A stretch of 64,000 nt of DNA from Hydrolagus affinis. Taxonomy: Eukaryota. The translations under genes were made by a program, and so were the position numbers. The notes beneath the pieces are model-generated. The model was not told the origin of the DNA, ran no database searches, and worked only from the letters and a program-made list of their open reading frames with translations. The stretch is taken from positions 1-64,000 of the forward strand of contig JAAILG010000071.1 in assembly GCA_012026655.1 (NCBI GenBank), written 5' to 3'. How positions within the stretch are numbered: the stretch's first letter is position 1; each line of letters starts with the position of its first letter. Shown here piece by piece: positions 1-12,777 of the stretch.

Positions 1-171
1 TTTCAATCCATGACTGTGTGTGGGACACTGCTGTGCGCAATTGGCTGCCGCGATTCGCCCACAAATATATACAGTCAATTCACTTTACAGTATATTCTGT
101 GAAGCGCTTTGGGACGTTGATAAGATGTGGAAAGCGCTATATCAAATGCAAGGATTATTATTATTATTATT
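1..171 (+). mobile_element. Deu-domain SINE, 3' part (cut by the window edge)
   Basis: tgtgggacactgctgtgcgcaattggctgccg core, gtgaagcgctttgggacg...gcgctatatcaaatgcaagg tail and (TTA)n end; matches the full copies at 19232, 23804 and 40884. Confidence 0.85.
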
Positions 172-1443
172 GTATAAATAAACCTTATTTAACGAAACGG
201 ATTCCATTGTCAAGTGCAGAATTACAAACCTTTTTTCCACTGCAGGTTTCACTCAGTTTCTGGTCCAGCCATCAACCATTCCATCTGTGGCTTTGCTGCT
301 GGTAAGACTCCGACCTCGTCACTTGTGCTCCAAATTTCAGGCATTTACTTTGCCCCACCATCCGAAATGATGGTTCGTAATGAGAACAGTGCATAACAAG
401 CAAGGCAGATAATGGGGGGAAGGAGAGGTCTCAAATGATCAGTGTGCTGTCTCTATGGGTTCCATAGATGACATGTACCGCCAGACATAAATTTTCAATT
501 TATCTCAAGGGCAAACATAAGAGAATGTGCAAGAGCACAAGTAGATAATATATAAAGCAGACAGTAATAGATTTTGCAGAAGTACAAAATGCATATATTA
601 GCATATATTTCTAGACTTGAAGTCAATTTATGTTTTGTTAATACATTTTCTTTCAGCATTATGATCATAAGTACTTGAAGCTTCGAAATGTAAATGAATA
701 GTGATGTATAATTTATGAATGATTAAACATGTAGTATCTACCTATCTGTTTTTCATTTGGAATAATATATCTTGATACAGAATTTTCCATTGAAAGTTCT
801 GACTAAAATTTATATTTTGTACAACTATATCAATGAGTTAGAAATTGACTTGCAATTTACATATGTTTAGTCCTGGATTACTCATGCTGTTTATAGGGAA
901 GTTAAATGTATGTATGTTCATGATTCTCCCAAAAAATACATACCGTATTTATATTCCATTCTTAAAAACAGAATATATTAATGTCTAAAATTGAAATCAC
1001 GTTGATATTGCTAATGACACTTATATTTGTGTTGTTTCATATGTAAAATAAATCATATATGAAACTAATTCAGTTAGTTTATATTTGTCTGCTGGAGATT
1101 ATTATAATCTACATTTTCTTGGCAAATCAACATTACAACCATTTTCAACATTTAAGTTTGCGTTTTGTTTTCTATCATTTTTTTTTACCAGGAAGGGTTA
1201 ATGACAAACAGCAACAGATTGGTCCAGAGTTCGAGAGCACCTGGATTCAATTCCCGCAGGGCAAAACATTAAGTAACAGCAAACAACAACAAAATTACAC
1301 TTGTATAGCGCCTTTCATGTCAGTTTACTTACTCCATACACCGTTGTGTACCTAGTAATCAGTAGGAACCTGGTTGTTAGTTGATTGGTGGATTGCATTT
1401 CCGGGGGTAATACTCTCCTTAAATTAGAAAAATTAAATATAAT

Positions 1444-1612
1444 AAATTAGTCACTCAGCCCACGACTGTTTGTGGGACACTGCTGGGCACAATTGGCTGT
1501 TGTGTTTCGCTGACAAATTATACAATCAATTAATTTTAGAATATATTCTGTGAAGTGCTTTGAGACGTCTCAAAGATGCGCTGTATCAAATGCATAATAT
1601 TAATAATATTAT
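1444..1612 (+). mobile_element. Deu-domain SINE, diverged 3' fragment
   Basis: Same core and tail as the other copies, with more substitutions. Confidence 0.75.
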
Positions 1613-2357
1613 TTGCACAAATAAGCAACTGGAAGCCCTGATGTTATTCATGGATCTGCTTGCTGCAAAGAAATTCCATTGCTTCTCTAGATTCTAAATA
1701 GGCATTTTTCATATTGAAAAATTATGAATATTATAAGGATCAGTTCTGGGACCACTTATTCACAAGATTCTGAAATTGCTTTGACAAGACAAATGTAAGC
1801 AGAATATCAAATTCTGCTTGTTATTCCCCCCCTGAAGGTAATTTAGAAGCTAATGAATGGCAAGCTCAAGGTCTGATCCCAATAGTACCCAAGATGACAG
1901 TACTACTAAATTAAAAAAATGCCCATTTATATCACTTTTTAAAAAAATTTCAATACAAGTCTCCATTCAAGCATTACTCCTTCCTGAAACTGTGAATTAA
2001 ACTTTTGCTAAAAGTTTCTTCTGAGAGACCAACCAGGCTGAAGTCTGTGTGTCAAATTCAGTGAAGTGTTCCAAAATCTACAGTTTCAGAGCATTCGTGG
2101 GGAAGAAAATGTTAATCGGAAACAAATTCAACTTAGGCTGAGGTGAATTAATACAGTAATAGTACGATAACTTGAATGTTTGATGATAAATTGATAAGAA
2201 GACACTGTATGCAAACTGTATACATTTAAATAATAACTTCTAAAAATGCTTCACACTACTGTTAGAAGTAGTGATTGTTTATTCTGCAGGCAAATGAGGC
2301 ATTTGATTTGCACACAATGACCCATAAAACCCTCCACAAATTAATAACAAATTATAT

Positions 2358-2478
2358 TTGGGAGATTGTTCGCCAGAACACTGGGAAAAAATGTCCTTCT
2401 CTTTTCAAGTAATGGGATCTTTAAATGTGTTCTGAAAAGGCAGATGGCAACTTGCCTTAATGTCTCATCTGAAGGACT
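2358..2478 (-). mobile_element. Old Deu-domain SINE fragment
   Basis: Reverse complement resembles the gatgagacattaa...atctgcct...aaagatcccat...ctggc..acaat Deu-domain segment also seen at 18780 and 29550. Confidence 0.55.
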
Positions 2479-4678
2479 TCATTCTGAAAATACAACAATG
2501 AGTACACTCACATACAACAGTGACAACAAAATTACATTTATATATACAACTCCTAAAGGTTTTATGGGATCTATGAAAAAGACCTTAAATGAAGTTACAC
2601 AACCAAAGATTAACACTTCAAGGGAACATTCTCTTCTATACCTGGATTGCTGAGATTTCACAAATCGTGCAAAAACATCCTTCTCTTGAAAATACCTCCT
2701 TTCCCACAGTATGGATTTGATAGTTCCCGAACAGATCCCAGAGAGCAATGAAAACATTTATAGTCAATATTTTCCTCAAAGAAATACCTGTTGATTCATT
2801 AACAATTTCCAGGCTAATTAACTGCTTAAAGTTACCAAGCATAACATGTATTACTCTGCGGAATTCCTCTTGGAAAGATTGTTGATATTAATGAATATTA
2901 ATTAACATTAATTAATTAATGGCAGCTAAAAGTAAAAGCTTATCAATTACACATTTAATGCAGTAATGTGAATATTCTGGAAAATGCATTTTGCAATCTT
3001 ATGTTATTGGGACATCCTCCCAAAGTGAAAGGCACTCTACAACTGTAATTTTGTTGTTGTTGTTTTTATTATCTCAACAAGATTTCAATTTTAGCATGTT
3101 TTAAGCATAGTCATGGATTTTCCTGTGATAGACACATGGCTGGCTAAAAAAAACTTGATAAAAGTGGATACTAACGGAACTCAAGATTCTTAACCAAAAT
3201 GTATCCTTTATGATGACCTCCTGATGTGGATGGCGCTATATAAATGTAATTTGCTGGAGTTGTTATCATCTCATTTCTATAGTCGCCATTTTAATTTCAT
3301 GAATTTGTCAAAAACCAAATCCTCAAGACAGCCAATGTTAATACTGATTCTATTTGATTGGACTATGGATTATATTTTTTTTGCTTCACCTTCCAGCATT
3401 ACTTACGGTCATTTTCTGCCCAGTTTGTACTCCTGGAAGCAATGAGGTTTTGTAATGTCAAATCTGATTTGTATTTACTGCTCCAAACCGCTCAGAGATG
3501 GAGCTAGAGACAGCTTTGCAAATGAGCAACCAAGTCCACATACAAAGCTCCACTATAAAGTGTTAGTGCCAGTCATGCAACTGGCTCCTTAATAACATTG
3601 TGATATTCAGTCTACCCAAGAGCTTAATAGGAACCATTTACAAGGAGAGATTGAACCAACTCAGGTCACCTACACTCAGATTGCACCAGGGCAAAAGATA
3701 TTCTGGCAAAACCACCTTCAAAGCCTATCTTAGAAGCAGTCTTTTATTGCTGTAGTTCTGCAATAATTTGTTTGCAAATGGGGTCTCATGCAACACAAAT
3801 CAGGCTAGAGCTGTGCTACTGAAATCATCAACAGGAAATGGTTTTATCACCAATGCTATTCGCTCCTATATATGAATGCATTCGACCTGAATCATCATGG
3901 GATCACTTACTCAAAGTCTGTTCAAAGCATTTTTACTTTTATTCAACTGCAGCTGGAGCATGCACTGAACTCAAGATAAAGCTGAAAAGCAATATAAATA
4001 CAAAATTACATTTTTATAGCACCTTTCACATCGGGAGGACATCCCAAAGCGCTGGGCAAGAAATGTAGGGCCTAAACCTGGCTTCTTTTTCCACATTACT
4101 ATACTGATAGATTTTCGCAAATAGAATTCCTGTCTCCTTTTGGTTAGTATTTCCCTTAAACTGGCCTTGTTTCTTTCTTGTAAATTTGGACACCATCGAT
4201 GTTTCCATTGCTTTGCGATCTTCGGGTATTCCCAGTAACTATTTCTAGACTTCAGGTTACCATTAGTTTCCTCTTCTGTGGTTACAACTAACATGGAACA
4301 GGAAGTTGAGTTTATACACCCAGCTTCATATCAGTGCTTATGCACTCATTGTCCCTGATTTGATTCTTCTCTGTCCACGAGAAAGGAACAAAAAAGCACA
4401 GTTCTTAATCACTATGCATGAAAAAGGCCATTTGTATGGATGGTAGATGAGTATAAGATCACGCTTTATGTGATGCATCCATAGGCAAATAGCATTTTTG
4501 AGAGGCTATTATGTGCTTAAGGTAGAAAAGGGCTGCCTTGGTGCCAATGGAACCATATTGTCTTCAGGGTGAGGAGGGGGAAGGAAATTGGAGGTAAATT
4601 TTAAATAAAATCCACTGGCAATACCAGTAGATGATTGGAAGTACTGTACTTACAAAGCAGTATGAGAATACTTTTACA

Positions 4679-4749
4679 AAACACAAAATACTGCAAATGC
4701 CGGAAATCTGAAACAAAAGCAGAAATTGCTGGGAAAACTCAGCAGGTCA
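4679..4749 (-). mobile_element. 3' fragment of the Penelope-type hammerhead repeat family (no ribozyme core)
   Basis: caaaatactgcaaatgccggaaatctgaaacaaaagcagaaattgctgggaaaactcagcaggtca is the reverse complement of 48748-48814. Confidence 0.8.
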
Positions 4750-5688
4750 ACAACAACAACAACAACAACAATGACAACTTTGATTTATATAGTGCCCTCC
4801 ATGCCGGACGGCGTCTCAGAGCTCTTCACAGGAATGCATCCTAGGACCGAGCCAGGGGCAGGAATAGAAAGGTGACCAAAGGTGCGGTCGAAAAGAAAAG
4901 GCTTTAGCTGTGACCTGAAACTGGAAAGAGAGGGGGCGAGGCGAAGGGAGTGAGGGAGTTCCAGAGCCTCGGGGGCATAGTGGCTGAAGGCACGGCCGCT
5001 GAGGGTGGAGTGGAGGATTCGGGGGACATGGAGGAGGCGAAGGCAGCGGGTGCTGGTTTGGGGAAAGAGATCAGAGAGGTAGAGGGGTGCACAGGAGTGG
5101 AGGGACTTGAAAACAACAGTGAGGATCTTAAAGTCGATCCTCTCAGGGACAGGAAGCCAGTGAAGTCTGGCAAGGACTGGGGTAATGGGGGAGCGAAGCT
5201 TGGTGCGGGTGAGTATGTGGGCGGCAGAGTTTTGAATTAGCTGGATTTTGTGGATTGTGATGGAGGGGAGACCGGCGAGGAGGGTGTTGCAATAGTCCAG
5301 CCAAGAGGTGACAAAGGCGTGGACCAAGGTTTCAGCGGCTTTTGGGGTGAGGTATTGCCGGAGACGGGCAATCCGTCAGAGGTGGAAGGCAGCGGTGCTG
5401 GTGAGGGACTGGATGTGAGGGAGGAAGGACAGTTGGGGGTCGAACCTGACGCCAAGGTTGCGCACAGGTTTGGAGAGTTTTAGGACCAGTCGGGAAGGTG
5501 GAGGAGGTGAGAGCCTCAATGGAGACGTTGACGAGAGCCAAAGAGTATGGATTCCATCTTGTCGACATTCAGCTGCAGGAAGTTTGCGCTCATCCAGTTC
5601 CTGATTCTGACAGACAGGCTGACAGAACATCAGGGGACTGGGGGTTGCAAAGTGAAGTGGAAAAGTAGAGTTGGATGTCATCAACAGA
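4748..5688 (-). mobile_element. L2-clade LINE, 5'-truncated, frameshifted RT C-terminal region
   Basis: Minus-strand ORF pieces contain VRNLGVRFDPQLSF, VHAFVTSWLDYCNTLLAGLP and LHWLPVPERIDFKIL. A YADD-like remnant (SVDD) lies at the truncation point, and the 3' tail is (TTG)n, seen as (CAA)n at 4748-4772. Confidence 0.92.
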
Positions 5689-5691
5689 CCC

Positions 5692-5795
5692 TCCGTTTTG
5701 ACGAAGAGTCGTGGACCCGAAACGTTGACTCACTTTCCTTTCTCCATGGATGTTGCCTAACCTGCTGAGTTTTCCCAGCAACTTCTGTTTTTGTT
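5692..5795 (+). mobile_element. Short Penelope-type repeat with a degenerate hammerhead core
   Basis: tTGACGA-agagtc-gtg-gaccc-GAAA-cgtt-gactc followed by the family body; nearly identical to the reverse complement of 14655-14757. Confidence 0.8.
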
Positions 5796-6741
5796 TGAGA
5801 ATACTTTTACATCGTATCAATATTTAGAAGTAAGAAATACCATTAGAGAAACAGCTTAATATACTCTTGGTAGCAACGTCTAAGTGAATTAAAATATGTT
5901 TGGCATTAAGATTTCTGTTCAGCCCGCTGGAAAACATCACTGGGCAGTTTGGTTTTATTTAATTAGCATCAAACTAATGGAAGTTCCTGTACCATTTCTT
6001 TTAGATAAGATATTTGTGGAAAATTTGTTAACATTTACATAGTGTATTAGCTACTTTGTTTAAAAGATAACAAATTGTACATTTGCTGCAATTTAAAGTC
6101 ATTTATACATTTCGCTGTGTCTAATTTAAATTGTTTCATACCTTGCCAATAACATTAATTGAAAAATATTCCATTCTCACTAACACTATGACTTTTGGGA
6201 TCAATGATCAAATTATAATGAACAGCTCCATAATATACAAATATCTGAATTAAGTCTTCATTTCTGTATTTTTGAAACTTGAATTAAACTATAATTTTTC
6301 TCCCCCATCGGAATAAATATTTTAGTTCTGTCCTATTCAGAGAATTATGTTGCAACATTTTGGAGATAAATGAATGAAATGTCTATTTTAGCATATGTTA
6401 TTTTATTATTGCAGCTCTATTGCACCGTGCAGTGCCATCTGGTGTATGCACAAGCAAACAAAAGTAAAGATAGGAATTACGTGCCAACAGTTCAAGGTGG
6501 AATCAGAAAAAATATCCAATATGTATATGTTTATAAACTTCAAAATTAGCTGCAGTGTTTTAAATTATTTTAAGTAGCTTGACATAGAATAACCACAACA
6601 ACAACTTGCATTTATATGTACATTGATTTAAGAAAGGTGCAGAGGGTAATAGTATGGATTGATAGTGAAGTCGGAGGTTCCGATGAGAAGGAAAACATAT
6701 CTCGTGATTTATCCTGCTGGGAGCAGGCAATTTTGGTGGTG

Positions 6742-6980
6742 GGGGGGCAGTTAGTTGGCTGTCCAACACAATCAGAAACCCATTACCATGCTTAAGAGTA
6801 TCCAAATCAACCAGAGCTCCATGCATCCCACTTATATATGGAAATTCCAGAGATGTTTATTGTAATGGAATGCACACTCTCTACTGGAGAGACACATCCT
6901 GCTTGCCTGATTCCAGAAAGTATTAGATGTAGATTAGCAAGAGCCCAGATTGTGTGTTGGGGTACTGCTGGAATCTCATA
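6742..6980 (+). repeat. Unassigned dispersed repeat family X, copy 1
   Basis: accatgcttaagagta...atggaaattccagagatgtttattg...catcctgctt...gcaagag...ttggggtactgctgga, shared with 63137-63370. Confidence 0.8.
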
Positions 6981-7970
6981 AATGCATAAGAGCATTGCCA
7001 CCATCTTTCTGCTCACAGCTCGGACAGACATCCTTTTTCATTGAGCTGTGTGTCCACCAGTTAGAGGTATGGAACTTAAGCAGCAGCTGCAAACCAATCA
7101 GGGTAGATTACAAACACTGGATGCACAAATGCAATCACAATGATCTCTTTGTAATTCATACCCGCTGTGATTTTTACTATATAGGGGTGAATTGTACTAT
7201 TTCCTATACCATTTTCACCCAGTTGTTTCAGAAGGAGACCTCATTTATACTTCACACATGTGTGAATCCTGCAAAATAGGCAACACAAACACAGTACGAC
7301 TAGAATACATCCATTGTTCTACATTTGCCAAAGAATCTGATTCAATCATTTCTATGTAAAGGAAACATCTTTGAAAAATTCCGAAAGCATGCCATCCCAT
7401 TCGATCCATCTTATGGAAACATAGTTCCTCAAAAATATTTTATTTATGAGATGAGCCAGCATTTATGAACTGCAGCAGGTTGGAAATTGAATGCCTATTT
7501 CAGTGAATGGTAACAAAAAGGAAAGGCCTGTGGACTTTATGCTATATTGTATTTATTTTAAAGGTTTCTAAATTGCAGAAAGACCAAAACAATTTTTTCA
7601 AATGTTTCATATTATTTATTGCAGCTGTGTAACCAAACAGTGAGAAATGCAGTGAGGGATTATAATGCCTACAGTTTGTCTTGTCAAAACCAAAACTGAT
7701 TTAATTGGCATTTCATGATGCATAACCTTCATGCAATATCCATATATTTGTAAATTCTGTGCCATGCAATACACGCACTATTCTTTGCTCCACATCGATT
7801 AACTGCACAGATGCTACAGTCAGGAATTATGAAAAATGATAGCTAAAGGCAACACTTGGTCTACTCAATCTCAGTCCATATATGCCAATATTAAAGCTGA
7901 TGCCTTTAAAATGTGCTCTAGCCTAATGAAGGTTTTAATTAGTTATATATATTTACCTCATAGCCAACTA

Positions 7971-9050
7971 AACAACAACAACAATACATTTATATTGGGC
8001 CTTTCATGTTGGAATGACGTCCCAAAATGCTGGACAGTTAAAGGTTTACATCCAAGTTGGAGATTGGAATCAAGACGGTTGGTGGGTTAGTGGGAGTGGG
8101 ACAGTGGCTTAAAGCACGGTGAAAGAGGAAAGTCTTGAGAAGCCCTTCAAGGAGGCAAGGAAGGAGCCAAGGCAGAAGGATTCCAGGATGGATATCCAAG
8201 GGTGAAAATAGAACAGGCTAGTGTCTGCCAAGCAGTGGGAGTAGACAAGTTGATATGTTGATAATAGGTCACAGAGACAGGGAGAAGCAAGATCGTGGAG
8301 AGCTTAAAAAGTGAGTACAAGGATTTTAAACTTGTAACTCTGCGGGATGGGGAGCTAGTGGAGATTGCCGAGAATGGGGATTATCAGTTACCAGAGCCTG
8401 GTACGAGAAAGGATGCAAGTTGTAGAGTTCTGAATAATCTACAGTGTTGGGAAGTTCATGGAGCAGGAAAGTAGTGTATTTGAGCCTGGATGTGATGAAT
8501 ATGTGAATGAGGTTCTTGGTGGCCTAAGGAGAGAAACAGTGGCAGAGGCAGGCAATGTTGCAGAGGTGGGGAAGACAGCGCACATTCTGGCATGAATGTA
8601 TGCCTTAAAGGCTAATTGAGCATCGAACCGGCCACCAGAGTTCCATACTGCCTATGTGAGGTGGAGAGTGCATCTGTGAATGGTGATGCTGTCAGTGCCT
8701 GAGGAGAGGCGGCGCTGATGGAAGCCAAGCAGGAGGGCCTCCGTCTTACCAACATTTAACTGGAAAACGTTAGCTTTCACCCAGAACATGGTGCTTGACA
8801 GACAATTCACCAGGATATCAGTGGCCTTGGAGTCAAGGCAGAGAGATAGAGTTGGTGTAATCCGCATAAATGTAAAAATTAACCCTGTGCCTGCGGATGA
8901 CATCACCAAGGAACAAGGACAGAGCCCAATGGAACGCTGCACACAGTGAGCAGGAGGAGAAGCCGTTGGTGGAAACAAAGTGCAAATGATAGTAAAGGTA
9001 AAGATGAAACTAGGGCAGAACCATGAAGGTGGAGAGGAGAGGCAGTGGAG
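7971..9050 (-). mobile_element. Older L2-clade LINE fragment
   Basis: (CAA)n and L2 tail at 7971-8040. ORF 8652-8978 contains CLSSTMFWVKANVFQLNVGKTEALLLG, matching the L2 RT region. Right boundary is approximate. Confidence 0.8.
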
Positions 9051-11325
9051 AATAGATTAAAAGAATAAAATCTTTCTTTTTAAACTATACTTTACTTATG
9101 AAAAAAATTATAATCATTTGCATGTCCCAGTCAGACCAAAATATGAATTCAGAATAAACCTGTTAAAATTCTCGGAGCTAATGTTTAAAATGTCAGCTCA
9201 CTTCAACAAGGCTTGTGTGATTGGAATTTTTAGATATAACCTGGGATCAATAAAACCACTTTGACAATGGACATTTTAGATTACCTAATCACTTGCACTA
9301 CAGATCCAGAAATAATATCTCATTAGTGATATCTAAGTGTAATTTTGATCCACCTAACATTTCTGTATATTTTTTATCATTTGTTGCCTTGATGTATTTT
9401 AAAAGCTTGCAAATATACTAAAATCTTTAGGCTAACTCTTGCATTGCAATTTAAGAAATTTTACATAAATCACAAAAATAAAGATTTTTTGAGGGGAACC
9501 AAACATTCCAGAAGTCAAATTCAATCAAAATGCACATGTATTATGTTTTTATAATTCATATGTCTATATAATTGAAGCACTCTGAGACGCCGTCCAACGT
9601 GGAGGGCGCTATATAAATTGAAGTTGTTGTTGTTGTAATTGACTTCAACAGTAATCAGAAGTAATACATGTGTTGTCCTGCAATACCTAAACTTAATTGT
9701 TTAAGCATCGAGGCTCATTTACACCCCCATATAACAGAAGGTCAGCTATTCCCTTCAAAGAAAATAGAAACCAGAATCCAACCTTACTATATTAAATTTG
9801 CCCCAAGATATATTTTGGAACTCCATCGCTGAATGAAAATTTTTAAATTTGACTTTATGTGGTGGGACTTTATGTGGTCTAAACAAAATTTTGAAATAAT
9901 TAACAATTCAAAAGATGAATGATCCTTGCAACCCAGAAATTCCTGACAACACCCATCAATAAAACACTGCATTTGGTTTATACATGTAAAAAAAATCATA
10001 ACTCAGTTAACTGCATTTTTAGTCTTAACTATATTTGCAGCACCTAAATATATGCTCACTGCTTGAATTATTAACCTTGAGCAGACTGAAAGGTTTCAAG
10101 AAAGTACGCATAACTATTTCAAATGTATCACTGATTTGAAGAATATCCTGTGTCTGGCTCTAAGTCATTATATTTTGCTTCAGAAGCTTTAGATGTTAAT
10201 TTTGTTTATCAGTACTCAAAATGTTTTGAAATGTTCTCTTTGTACAATGGTTGTGTTTTCGTAGCAAAGCTTACAAATTAGCATAATACAATTAATAATT
10301 CTGAATTAGTAAAACAAATACAGCAACTGAACAGAGAGACAATGTTAAATTTAAATTATCTCAAAGTCATTAAATGATTGACATCCAGTGAACATAATAA
10401 CAGTCTATAAATATATTAATTCTATAATAAATTAATATGTATTCATTCTGTCTTATAATATTCAAATGTTCAAAATAATGTGAAATCAATCATTGATATA
10501 AATCCAAATATATTAGCTTTGATTTTCATGAATGACTTGAGTTTTGCACAGAATATTTATAGGATCATACCTCATATACTACAGACATCCTTTCCATCCC
10601 ATTTTTATTCTATTAATCTGCCGCTAAAACACAATGTGGAGCAGAACATACGTTTAGTAAAAAGATGATAATCCAGAATACATCAATATAATTTAAATTG
10701 TCAGCATTAGTAAGTGATATTATTGCTTTCGCATAGCAGCTGAAAAATTCCATTGCCAGTTTTTGACGATGTCTTATGTGATACCAACGATAATTTGTAA
10801 AGACCGTATATGGCTTTTGGGATCACTCACAACAAATAACATAAGAAGAGCAAAGGAAATATAAAGTGTCAAAGCTGCTTTTCTGGAATATTACTCTGCT
10901 CTTTTGCCTTGGCACTGGAGACTCCCTGAGCTTGCACAAATCAGATTTTTACCAATTGTCCCACTGCTCATCTGTTTCTGTGCTTTTCCTAGGTTTCACA
11001 AAGAATTTGTCCTGTCACATTAGTGCCTATGCTGACAAAGAATTCTTGGTAACACATCTGGAGGCCTTTTTGCAGAGATTGGATGTGAAATCTGATGCAG
11101 CAGAAAGTCAGATTATATTTCCTATTCAGTTTCACTCCAGTCCAAGTTTGAGGACAACTCTGCACAGCCACTGGTCGATCTCTACTAACCAGCATTGAAT
11201 AATTTGGCACTTATGTTTCCTCCATTTTCCAGCTACTTCTGAGAACGTTTAAATGTAAATTATTTAAAAAATGAATGGTTCTTTAAAAATTTGTGTAGAT
11301 ATATGAATCCTATTCCAAAAGTTGA

Positions 11326-11331
11326 TTTATT
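11326..11331 (-). terminator. Candidate CTNNA3 polyadenylation signal (AATAAA)
   Basis: First minus-strand AATAAA I saw after the stop, about 180 nt downstream and followed by U-rich sequence. Another lies at 10604-10609. Usage is unverified. Confidence 0.35.
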
Positions 11332-11511
11332 GTGTACTGATTAGTGTCAATATTATGCAACCATATCAGTGCAACAATAGTAAAGATGCAGCATGAATGA
11401 TCTATGAATGTTGAATTGAATGCTATTCACGTACTAATCAGCCAAATTGAAATATTTGTGCACCATTTAAAATAATATATGTTGGACTAAAGTGTGAAGT
11501 TCTTTTATAGT

Positions 11512-11799
11512 TTAAGAAACATTTCTTCCTCTGAACTCACTCATTGCTTTCACAGGATGGATCTTTTTCTTTGCAGAACCCTTCCTGACTGCAGCAGACA
11601 TTTCTTCAGGCTTCTCTCTTTTAATCAATGGTTTCTTTTCAGGAGCTTTCATCCTCCACATTACAACAGAATGGTGTACGCCCGAAGGGCTTTGTAGTCG
11701 GATAATCTTGGTTGATGCAATGTAGGACATCTTCACTGTATAAACTACAGCATTCATCAGATTCTTGGCGGAGTGAATGAGTGAAGTAATGCTATCCAA
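11512..11799 (-). CDS. CTNNA3: Alpha-T-catenin last coding exon with stop codon
   Basis: tttctaaacag|TTG GAT AGC...TAA, 288 nt. Encodes LDSITSLIHSAKNLMNAVVYTVKMSYIASTKIIRLQSPSGVHHSVVMWRMKAPEKKPLIKREKPEEMSAAVRKGSAKKKIHPVKAMSEFRGRNVS*, an alpha-T-type C-terminus. Confidence 0.96.
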   Translation of the reverse strand: MDSITSLIHSAKNLMNAVVYTVKMSYIASTKIIRLQSPSGVHHSVVMWRMKAPEKKPLIKREKPEEMSAAVRKGSAKKKIHPVKAMSEFRGRNVS

Positions 11800-12777
11800 C
11801 TGTTTAGAAAAATGTTTTGAAAACAAATCATTAATGTTAAAAATTACTAAAGAATTGCATTATTTTACACTTGTGCCAGAAACACCTATTTAAATTATTT
11901 CAATCTCTGGGAACCTTCATTTTATTTTTGTGATGGGAGCATACATATACAAAAGAGCTCCCAACACAATTACTTTCAGAAAGCAATGTTTGGGGCAATT
12001 CTTCATAGTTGAAGAGAAAATATGAAGTGATGGGTTATTACTATTGTCAAGAAATCTTTCTTTGGATTTGTTTCAAAAACCTGTTCATATCTTCTCATTG
12101 CAGGGTTTTAAAGCTTAGTAGTTTTACTGAAAAGTCAGAATCGGAACAGTCTCCTCTGAAATACTCTTGTTGCCCTGTGGGACAAGCTGGTGCTGCAGAA
12201 GATGCATTACCTGCTCCAGGCTGAACTCCTACAATAGAGTTTTTGTAAAGCTATGACAAAAATATATGTGGTGCAGGTGAGATTGGTAAAGCAATACTGT
12301 CATCTTTTACATCAGTGATCGTTCCTGTGTAGCCAAGCATGTAGTACAATACTGCTTAACCATATGTTGTGAACAAACATCTTAACAGGAGTTAAGAAGA
12401 GTGTCGTCAAAGCTATTATAATTATACTGTTGCCTTAAACACCAGCAGATGTTGCCATTTTGTTTTGGCAAAATATATAAGACATTTAAATGGAAAGATA
12501 ATTTTCTTAACAAACAAAACAGCTTTTATATTCATATGAATGACCATGTTGTGCATATATGATTTTTTGAGTATTGGGAGATGGTAGCACAGATTGCCTC
12601 CTTTCTTTTAATAGCCTCTTCGATAGCATAGATTTTAGGTTTGGGAGTTCGATGCATTTCATTATAATGGTATCTGGCACAATAGTATATTGTGACTTGG
12701 CTTGATCGCTACAAAGATGCCCAACATCAACTTCTGGCTGGTCAACGTTGCATGCTCAACAGTAAAGATGGGTTTCA

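Noticed and set aside
4785-5820. Cluster of overlapping ORFs on both strands
   Set aside because: These are frameshifted L2 ORF2 remnants and their antisense shadows, not host genes.
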